Virus record (IMG/VR): IMGVR_UViG_3300005805_000099
Span: 1 to 59,185 of that record
DNA: 59,185 bases
Source: a virus
Taxonomy: Duplodnaviria; Caudoviricetes
Strand: one strand, 5' to 3'
The notes beneath the pieces are model-generated. The model searched no databases. It saw nothing but the letters and a program-made list of their open reading frames with translations, and was not told the origin of the DNA. Each line of letters begins with the position of its first letter. Position 1 is the first letter of the stretch. A program made the translations under genes and the position numbers. This document shows positions 48,362-56,395 of this stretch, piece after piece.

Positions 48362-51300
48362 ATGGCTTTGTATCCTAAATATTCTAGGCTTCCTAAATAT
48401 CAAAAAGCCGGTAGTGTTAATGTAGACAAACGTGTACAGATGGCTGCTGAAGCAAGAGGCCCTGAATGCCGAGCTTTTGGTAGAGAAGAAGCCATGGGTG
48501 GTTATGGAGCAGTTAATCCATACTATGATATACCGGAACCTATTCCAGAATGGACATCTATGGTTGATGTTACTGGACTTAGAGGATATCCTGAGGGCGG
48601 TAAGAAGAAAGAACTAGAAGCTTTTAACAGCTCAGTGGATGCCCAGTACAAGCAGGCTAAGAGCATGTACCCTGATTTAACTCTTCCCCAGTTTGTAGCT
48701 GCTAGAAGAGATGCCGAAAGGTATTCTAATTTGAACTGGAGCAATGATATAAAAGCAGCCTTTGAACCAAGGACTGGTGCTTTGGTTAAAGGAAAAGATC
48801 CTAGAAACTACTCACCATATCAAAGATTTTATCAAAGTAAATTTCCTGGTAGATATTCTATTACTCCTAATGATGTATTAGGAGTTTGGAGTGGAATGCC
48901 GGGAAGGTTTAGTGATTATGAGAAGTGGGCCAATATAGGATATACCCAACCCACTGAAAAGAAAGAGGGTGGTGGTATCCCAGAAAGGTATAAGAACATG
49001 GGATTTAGTAGTACTGGTCAAAAGAAACAATCTAGTAGACCAGGTAAGAAGTGGATGGTGCTTGCTAAGAAAGGAGATGACTACAAGGTAGTACACGGTG
49101 GATACAAAGGAATGCAAGACTTTAGCCAACACGGTAGTCAACAACGTAAAGAAAACTTTTGGAATAGGATGGGTGGTAAAGACTCCGCTAAAGCTACCGA
49201 TCCTTTTAGTCCTTTATACTGGCATAAAAGATTTGGTACATGGCAGGACGGTGGAGCTGCCCCTATGAATAATTCAATAAACTCTGATATGATGCAACAA
49301 CCTACCCAAGAGCAGCAAATGATAATGTCTCAGATTATACAGGCATTACAATCTGGTGTACCTGCTGAAAAAATTCTTTCTGACTTGGTTCAGAATGGTA
49401 TTCCTGAAGAAATTGCTTTACAGTATATGGAAGCTGTAAACAGTATGATGGAACAGCAAGGTGGTCAAGAAGCTGCTCAACCTGAGCCAATGATGGCTAG
49501 AGGTGGAAACTATTCTGGAACCTATTACCAAGGTAGCTATTTTAATAGTGGTGGTAGTAAGCTAGGATCATACATGTATGACCCTTATGCTACATTTATG
49601 ACTGGTGGATTTATGCCTAAGGCTGCACTAGGAATGGGAGTTAATCAACCATACATGGGAGAAGGACTAGATCCTTTGGCTTACCCTGACTATCCATCTT
49701 ATGTAGAAGCTGATATGGATTACCAGAATGCTATGGATGATTCAGAGCCTTATAATAATCCTGTATTATCTGCTGCATCTGATATGGGATATCTTGACCC
49801 AGCATTTGATGTATTAACTGGTGAAGGTGATCAACAAAATCCTGATAGTAGCATGGCTAGAAGAAGACTTAAGGCTTACACTCAAACTTACTTACGTCTG
49901 CCGGCAGATGATGCTACACTAGCAGCATTGGCTACTAAGCTTGGTATATCTAATTATACAGGTACTCCTGAACAAGACACCAAAATTCTTGATAGCTTGT
50001 TAAGAGCTGCCGGAACTCAGGGTGGGGTAGACCAATATATAAAAGAAGCTGGTTTGACACAAGCTCCTTTACGTGTTATACAAAGAGGAAGTACACCGAC
50101 AGGTCGGCCAGCTCCTCGTGTAGTTATACCAAGACCTGGTAGTAGAGGTGGTGGAGGATTTGCTACTCCTGATACTATATTTATTACTAGAGATAGTATT
50201 AAGGGTGGGGGCATAGACAGTACTGGAGGTGGTGGTAGAGATAGTACTAATACTGATACACCATGTGGAGTTGGGTACACTAAAGATTTTTATACTGGTG
50301 ACTGTGTTCCTATTGGTGATGGTAGTGGTAATAAGAGAAATACTGATGATAGTGGTAACTGGTTTAATATGCCAGAGTGGGTTGAGAACTTAGGTCTTGT
50401 TGCTGCTGGTGCATCAGCTCGTCCTCTTTATAGAAGAGCTGGTAAAACATTTGATAATGCTGTTGGTAGAGTTCTAGATAGAATGATGACTCAGAGATAT
50501 GGTTTTACTCCTGAGCAAGTGACAGCTATGAAGCAAAAAACTTCTGGTCAACCTGCAGCACAACCTGCTACACAGCCTAAAGCTGAACCTAAAGCTAAAC
50601 CACAAGCTGCTCCTAAACCGGAACCAGCTCCAGATACTAGAGTGAGACCTTCATTTATGGAACCGGCTAAAAGACCTGTTCCTGCAGGATTTACTCCAGC
50701 TGTTTCTGATAAAGCTATTGTTGAAGGTATCATGGGCATGGATGCTGATATGGCTGACAAGATTGCTGAAGCTAGAAGCATGGGATGGTCAGATAGTGAA
50801 ATACTTAAACAGGGTCAAGGAATGCAAGAAGCTGCTGTTAAGTGGAATGAGGCTAGAAAAGCTTCTATGAAAGCTGCTCAGCAACCAGCTGCTCCTCAAA
50901 AGAAAGCTGGAACTTCTAAACAAAAAGCTGCTCCTGCAAAACAACCGGCTAAACCCAGAGGAAATGCAGCCAACTTAAGACCAGCTGTTGGTGATGCTGC
51001 TATATTTGATAGAATTTATAACAACTTACCACAAGCTGATAAAGCTTATATTGATTGGGAACTTGGTCAAAGAACTGCTGGTAATAAGATGAGCACTGAC
51101 CAAGCTAAAAAATCTTTGCTAAAAGAAGGTGTGATGTATGATGCTGTTCAAAGAGGATTAGGTGTAGCACCTGTTGCTCCAACGGCTCCTACAGTAGAAC
51201 CTACAGTAGAAGCTCCTAGTAGAGGCATGTTTGAAAGAGGAAAAGGATTTATTAGAGGACTAGTAGGACTAGGAGAGAAAGGTAGAAAAGCTTATGGAGG

Positions 51301-52093
51301 TCCTGTAGATTATATGAACTATGGTGGTGGATATATTCCTGATTATGGCATGGCTTATGGTGGTGCTTGTTATCAGTGTGGTGGTGCTTATGAAGATGGT
51401 GGAGGGTATGATAACCCAGGATTTAGAGCATTACCTGACTATGTACAAGAGAAGATTATGAGAGCTTCTGGTAAAGCTATGTATGGTATGGGGATGGCTT
51501 ATGGTGGAGTACCTAGAGCACAAATAGGATTGCAAAAAAATCCAGATAGTACATTTGGAGAGTACACTGTTCCTGCTCCAGATATAAACCCTGATAGCAT
51601 GTATGGAGAATATACTATCCCTGCTCCATATATGGGTTCTTCACAACCTTATGATTATCAAAATGAATTTAGACAACTTTTGAATAACTATAAACAACCT
51701 TATGATTATCAAAATGAATTTAGATCATTGATGAATCAACAGCGGTTGATGGAATTGAATAAAACAAATCCTCAATATATGGTTGACCCACAAACAGGCC
51801 GAGTCATAATGAAACAAAAGAAAGGTGGTATCTATATAAACCCTGCTAACAAAGGTAAGTTTACAGCTAAAGCTAAAGCTGCCGGTATGGGTGTACAAGA
51901 GTATGCTCGTAAAGTGATGAGTGCCCCAGAAGGAAGATATCCAGCTGCTACTAGAAGACAAGCTAACTTTGCTAAGAATGCTGCAGGATGGAGACATCAA
52001 ATGGGTGGTATGGTAGGACAAGAAATGAATGTTACTCCAGATCAGCTTCAAATGCTAAGAGATGGTGGTTATGAATTTGAAATCCTACGCTAA
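48362..52093 (+). CDS. Modular virion cargo protein with many xxGG linkers
   Basis: 1243 aa; small basic modules, a DUF3597-like segment, P/A/Q-rich linkers and dense YGG repeats. Confidence 0.65.
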   Translation: MALYPKYSRLPKYQKAGSVNVDKRVQMAAEARGPECRAFGREEAMGGYGAVNPYYDIPEPIPEWTSMVDVTGLRGYPEGGKKKELEAFNSSVDAQYKQAKSMYPDLTLPQFVAARRDAERYSNLNWSNDIKAAFEPRTGALVKGKDPRNYSPYQRFYQSKFPGRYSITPNDVLGVWSGMPGRFSDYEKWANIGYTQPTEKKEGGGIPERYKNMGFSSTGQKKQSSRPGKKWMVLAKKGDDYKVVHGGYKGMQDFSQHGSQQRKENFWNRMGGKDSAKATDPFSPLYWHKRFGTWQDGGAAPMNNSINSDMMQQPTQEQQMIMSQIIQALQSGVPAEKILSDLVQNGIPEEIALQYMEAVNSMMEQQGGQEAAQPEPMMARGGNYSGTYYQGSYFNSGGSKLGSYMYDPYATFMTGGFMPKAALGMGVNQPYMGEGLDPLAYPDYPSYVEADMDYQNAMDDSEPYNNPVLSAASDMGYLDPAFDVLTGEGDQQNPDSSMARRRLKAYTQTYLRLPADDATLAALATKLGISNYTGTPEQDTKILDSLLRAAGTQGGVDQYIKEAGLTQAPLRVIQRGSTPTGRPAPRVVIPRPGSRGGGGFATPDTIFITRDSIKGGGIDSTGGGGRDSTNTDTPCGVGYTKDFYTGDCVPIGDGSGNKRNTDDSGNWFNMPEWVENLGLVAAGASARPLYRRAGKTFDNAVGRVLDRMMTQRYGFTPEQVTAMKQKTSGQPAAQPATQPKAEPKAKPQAAPKPEPAPDTRVRPSFMEPAKRPVPAGFTPAVSDKAIVEGIMGMDADMADKIAEARSMGWSDSEILKQGQGMQEAAVKWNEARKASMKAAQQPAAPQKKAGTSKQKAAPAKQPAKPRGNAANLRPAVGDAAIFDRIYNNLPQADKAYIDWELGQRTAGNKMSTDQAKKSLLKEGVMYDAVQRGLGVAPVAPTAPTVEPTVEAPSRGMFERGKGFIRGLVGLGEKGRKAYGGPVDYMNYGGGYIPDYGMAYGGACYQCGGAYEDGGGYDNPGFRALPDYVQEKIMRASGKAMYGMGMAYGGVPRAQIGLQKNPDSTFGEYTVPAPDINPDSMYGEYTIPAPYMGSSQPYDYQNEFRQLLNNYKQPYDYQNEFRSLMNQQRLMELNKTNPQYMVDPQTGRVIMKQKKGGIYINPANKGKFTAKAKAAGMGVQEYARKVMSAPEGRYPAATRRQANFAKNAAGWRHQMGGMVGQEMNVTPDQLQMLRDGGYEFEILR
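51643..51724 (+). repeat. 31-nt exact direct repeat (51-nt period) encoding QPYDYQNEFR
   Basis: ACAACCTTATGATTATCAAAATGAATTTAGA at 51643 and 51694; preceded by a duplicated NPDSxxGEYTxPAP. Confidence 0.85.
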
Positions 52094-52102
52094 CAACTAA
52101 TC

Positions 52103-55100
52103 ATGCCTAAGATAAGAATAACAGGTAGGAAACTACCAGCAGCTCAAGATGGTGCAGACGTAGAAGGTCCTTTCTTTTTAGGACCAGAAGGGAAGCCTCA
52201 AGTAAAGATGCTACCTAATGTTACTGTTAGAAGTGCTTCTGCAGTAAATGGAAAATACTTTGTACCAGGCTTTGGCTACGTCACTCCAGAAGACCTACAA
52301 GATATTAAGTATCGTGTAGAGATGAGTCCTGGATATAATCCTGATATTTCTTGGAGAGAGCAGACTGGATTAGCTTTTGAGAATTCTTTATTAGATAGAC
52401 TGGGTAGAGGAGCCAATATGGTGTTTAGTGATGAGATGGCTGGTGTCAAACCTCTACAGTGGGCTAGGAATATTATGTTTGCTCCCGGTGCTGGAGCTGT
52501 TAGTTTAGCCAGAAGTTTATCTGGAGAAGACATGGTCTCTACTAAAGAAGCCATGGGTAAAGCTGCTCCTTGGGATGTTAGTGGTTTAGGTATGATTCCT
52601 CATGCTGCTAAAGCAGCAGAAGAGTTTGTACAGAATCCTGGTGTTCTTACTGGTATTGGGGCTGTAGCTAATACAGTAGCTGCATTGCCTGTTGTTGGAT
52701 CTGTAGAGTCTAGTCCTCTTAAAATTTCTGCAGCTAATAGTGTTTCACGTGGAACAGCTATTCTGCCAGAGATTGGCAGTAAACGTTACTGGTTTCCTAG
52801 TGGTAAGGTGACGGCAACAGGGGTGCTTAAAACTCCATTGAGAGTGTTGCCATTTGGTCAAACTACTAAAGCTGCTGTAAAAGAATTTGTTGCTCCTATC
52901 CCTAAAGGGGTGTCTTCTGAAATGGTAGGTGCTGCCGTAAGAGGTAAAGCTGCTAATTTAATTGGTCAAGCAACCCATCCTACGTTTTCTTTAGTGGAGA
53001 ATGTAGCAGCGGCTCCTTATAGAACTATGACATCTGCTGTTAACCCAGCTCTTAGAAAAGCTGGAGTAGAAATAACAGAAGCGGCATCTGTTCCTGTTCT
53101 TGGTCCTGTGTCTCCTTTTGTAAGAGGAGAAATGATAGGTGAACAAGAAATAGGTAGAAGACCCACTTCATATTTAGAAGAAGGTGCTGATGCATTGGAT
53201 GCTTTATATATGCCTACACAAGAACCCCCTGCTCGTCAAATGAAAACCTCACCCGGAACTACATATTATAGAGAGCCTAGTGCTTCTGGAAACATTGATA
53301 GTCTAGAAGCTCTTAAGAGAGAACTAGAAGCTGCCGGTCTTACTGGACAGAAAGCTTACGGTGGTATGACAGGAACTAAAGAACTTCCTCATCTTTTTAG
53401 ATATAGAGCTGGTATCCCTCTTCGTTGGGCCCAAGTTGGAATAGAAACAGAAGAAGAGGATAAAACACCAATTAACTGTGAGGATATCAATAAAGATTTA
53501 ATGCAGGATCCAAATGATCCTAATCGTTGTATACCTAAACCAAATGCTAGTTTAGTAACAAAACCAATAAAGAAACCTTTATCTAATACTCCACCACAAG
53601 GTTATGCAAAGGATTATGGTACAATGAAGTTCACTCCAATAATTGATAACAGTCAGTTATCAAATGGTACTGGTGGAGTAAACGTGTGGGATTCAAATCT
53701 TGGAAACACAGATATTCAGGGTAAACTAATTAATGATGCTTCTATAGCTATGCCTAAACAAACTGTTGTTAATACCGATGGTACAACAACAACTACTGGG
53801 TCTGTAGATATAGGGCAGCCTACACTATATCAAACAGATCCTAATCAAACAAAAGAAGTAGGACTGTTCAAACCTGTTAAACAAAAGTCAAAAGGAAACT
53901 TTTGGGACAAGCTAGAGAAATTTAATAGAGGTGTAGATAACTTTATTAATCCGGTGTCTGCCGTTGCTAATTACATAGATAACTATAAGCAGCAGAAGAA
54001 ATGGAATAAACAATGGAGAGAGAATGCTTTTGATTTATCTACAGCTAGTAGTACATTTAAAGGAAACTTTGATCCTAATACCGGTTACTTTCAACCAGAC
54101 AAGTTAGGCTTTAAGAATACAATGTATGGTAGATACGGGGGTTCTTTAAACGATAATACTATGGATACAATTAGAATAAGATTACTGGGTGGTCCTGTAG
54201 AAGATCAACCTGATGAGATGGCTTATGGTGGACAGCTAGGATATGGACTTGATTTAGGTCAAAGAAATACTTATACGTCTATGCCTAAGACAAAATCAGA
54301 AGAGGTTAGTAATACTATTAAGGAAGTTCCTCGTAGTCAAGCTAATATAGAAGCTGAGAAAGGAGAAACGGTATATGCTGATATGGATGGGGATGGAATG
54401 GAAGAGCACTTTAATATTGGTGGTCAAAGACACACCAATGGAGGAACCCCTCTTAATGTACCAGACGGAAGCTTTGTGTTCTCTGATACAAAGAAGATGA
54501 CTATTAAAGATCCTAAAATTCTAGAGAAGTTTGGACTGACTGCTAGAAAAGAAGGGTATACACCTGCAGAGATTGCTAAGAGATATGATGTAAACAAGTA
54601 CAAAGCTATAGCTGAAGATCCTGTTCAGGATGGTATGTCTAGGAACACGGCTATAATAATGATTAAGAACTATCAAAGAAAGCTAGCTGAGCTTGCTATT
54701 ATCCAGGAAAGAATGAAAGGATTTCCTCAAGGTATTCCAGAGATGGCTATGAAAGTTCTTTCTCCAGAAATGCTACAAGAAATTCAGGCTGAGATTCAAG
54801 AGCTTAAGGCTAATGAAGAAGCTGACCAAGGAGCCCAGTATGATCTTAACGGAGCCCCTATAGATACAGAACAGTTTATGGAAGATCTTCCTGAGATGGA
54901 AGAAGAGCCAGAGATGGGAGAATACCCTGAAGAAATGGAGTATGCTTATGGTGGAGATTATGATTTAGATTCTTACCAGAAAGGTGGTGAGCAAGACTGG
55001 AGAAGGAAAAGACGTATTCTTGAAAAGATGAATGCTTTAGGTACAAGTCTTGGAGCACAAATTGGATATTCTAAAAGATATGAAGAAGGTGACTTCATGA

Positions 55101-56338
55101 TTCCTGAAAAACAGGCCGCTCAATCTTCCGGCTTGTATGGTGATATAAATGCTGCTGATGTACAAGACTTTAAGAAAAGACATAAGTGGTACTTTAGTAG
55201 TATAGCTGACCCAGATAAATGGAATCCTGCTACAAAAGCTGATGTTGAAGATTTTCAAGCAGCTTATAATCAATATGCTAAGCAACTAGGATTTGATCAA
55301 GACTATTTTGTTAAAGACAGTGGTGAATTTGATGACCTTGATGGTTTGTTTGGTGAGTTTACATATAACACACCTTCACTAGATTTAGTTCCTACTACAC
55401 CAACAACTCCTGGGTCAGTCATAGGATGGCTTTGTAGTAATAATCAAGTGGTATCTAAGCAATATGCTTCAGAAGCTGAGAGGGATGCTGCTGGTGCTAA
55501 AGCTGATATGAAGGACCCTTCATTTGCTAATTGTAAAATCACACCTGGAAAGTCAGTTATTGAAGAAAAGCCAAAGACCCCCGTTCCGTTTAAATACATG
55601 ACTCCTGACATTTGGAAGATGTCTCAAGTGAGGGGTAGGAGGATTAATAAATATCTGCCTTTTATAGCAGATGTTCCTTATGAGCCTAATCAATTTACTC
55701 CAGAAGAGTGGAGGGCTAAAGCTGCTGAGCTTCAGTCTCAAACAGGAGATATGGCTAGGACACTTGGAGCTTATGGATCTACTAGTGCCTTAGGAGCTGG
55801 GCTTAGTGCTTTAGCTGGAGCTCAAGGTAGGAATCTAGTTTCAGCTATAGCTGATACAGATGCTAGGAATGTAGCTGGATGGAATGCTTTTACAGGAAGA
55901 GAGCAGGCTAGGAAGGATCAGTTTAATGCTCTTAGGGCAGCTAACCAAACTGAAAGGTGGAAGGGTAATGTAATAGCCAACCAACAATATGACAATGCTC
56001 TTAATAGACAAGCTGAAGATATTGTCAATGCTGACACCAATGCTTGGACTAATAGAATGGAGCTTGGTATGATGAATGAAACAAATAAATTCTACTACGT
56101 AGATCCACGTACAGGCAGAATGGTATGGAAAGGTGGTTATGGTCCACAAGACTTAGGTCAATCTACAGCTTCTGTGAACTACGATAACATGGCTCAAGAT
56201 TGGCAAAAAGCTCAGACTGCACTACCTGGTATAACTTATGACCAGTGGTTAAAAATGAGAGGTGCAAAATATGGTGGATCAACAAATAAACGTACCTTAG
56301 GTGAAATGTTGTTTCATGGGTACGGCTTCCCCTTTTAA
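52103..56338 (+). CDS. Virion cargo/ejection protein
   Basis: 1411 aa; ANIEAEKGE...GGQRHTNGGTPL...FVFSD domain; helical C-terminal region; YGG linkers. Confidence 0.6.
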   Translation: MPKIRITGRKLPAAQDGADVEGPFFLGPEGKPQVKMLPNVTVRSASAVNGKYFVPGFGYVTPEDLQDIKYRVEMSPGYNPDISWREQTGLAFENSLLDRLGRGANMVFSDEMAGVKPLQWARNIMFAPGAGAVSLARSLSGEDMVSTKEAMGKAAPWDVSGLGMIPHAAKAAEEFVQNPGVLTGIGAVANTVAALPVVGSVESSPLKISAANSVSRGTAILPEIGSKRYWFPSGKVTATGVLKTPLRVLPFGQTTKAAVKEFVAPIPKGVSSEMVGAAVRGKAANLIGQATHPTFSLVENVAAAPYRTMTSAVNPALRKAGVEITEAASVPVLGPVSPFVRGEMIGEQEIGRRPTSYLEEGADALDALYMPTQEPPARQMKTSPGTTYYREPSASGNIDSLEALKRELEAAGLTGQKAYGGMTGTKELPHLFRYRAGIPLRWAQVGIETEEEDKTPINCEDINKDLMQDPNDPNRCIPKPNASLVTKPIKKPLSNTPPQGYAKDYGTMKFTPIIDNSQLSNGTGGVNVWDSNLGNTDIQGKLINDASIAMPKQTVVNTDGTTTTTGSVDIGQPTLYQTDPNQTKEVGLFKPVKQKSKGNFWDKLEKFNRGVDNFINPVSAVANYIDNYKQQKKWNKQWRENAFDLSTASSTFKGNFDPNTGYFQPDKLGFKNTMYGRYGGSLNDNTMDTIRIRLLGGPVEDQPDEMAYGGQLGYGLDLGQRNTYTSMPKTKSEEVSNTIKEVPRSQANIEAEKGETVYADMDGDGMEEHFNIGGQRHTNGGTPLNVPDGSFVFSDTKKMTIKDPKILEKFGLTARKEGYTPAEIAKRYDVNKYKAIAEDPVQDGMSRNTAIIMIKNYQRKLAELAIIQERMKGFPQGIPEMAMKVLSPEMLQEIQAEIQELKANEEADQGAQYDLNGAPIDTEQFMEDLPEMEEEPEMGEYPEEMEYAYGGDYDLDSYQKGGEQDWRRKRRILEKMNALGTSLGAQIGYSKRYEEGDFMIPEKQAAQSSGLYGDINAADVQDFKKRHKWYFSSIADPDKWNPATKADVEDFQAAYNQYAKQLGFDQDYFVKDSGEFDDLDGLFGEFTYNTPSLDLVPTTPTTPGSVIGWLCSNNQVVSKQYASEAERDAAGAKADMKDPSFANCKITPGKSVIEEKPKTPVPFKYMTPDIWKMSQVRGRRINKYLPFIADVPYEPNQFTPEEWRAKAAELQSQTGDMARTLGAYGSTSALGAGLSALAGAQGRNLVSAIADTDARNVAGWNAFTGREQARKDQFNALRAANQTERWKGNVIANQQYDNALNRQAEDIVNADTNAWTNRMELGMMNETNKFYYVDPRTGRMVWKGGYGPQDLGQSTASVNYDNMAQDWQKAQTALPGITYDQWLKMRGAKYGGSTNKRTLGEMLFHGYGFPF

Positions 56339-56392
56339 ACTTTAAAAGTTTATTGTTAAACTTTACAGATTTTTTAGTATATTATTAATGTA
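56336..56392 (+). promoter_or_regulatory. Two palindromic boxes plus late-promoter-like motif
   Basis: TAAACTTTAAAAGTTTA (56336-56352), TAAACTTTACAGATTTT (56357-56373), GTATATTATTAATGTA (56377-56392). Confidence 0.65.
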
Positions 56393-56395
56393 CAT

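Noticed and set aside
50168-50262. D-[ST]-x sequons (DTI, DSI, DST, DST) in the 48362 cargo protein
   Set aside because: The protein has no signal peptide, so access to periplasmic glycosylation is doubtful; may be low-complexity coincidence.
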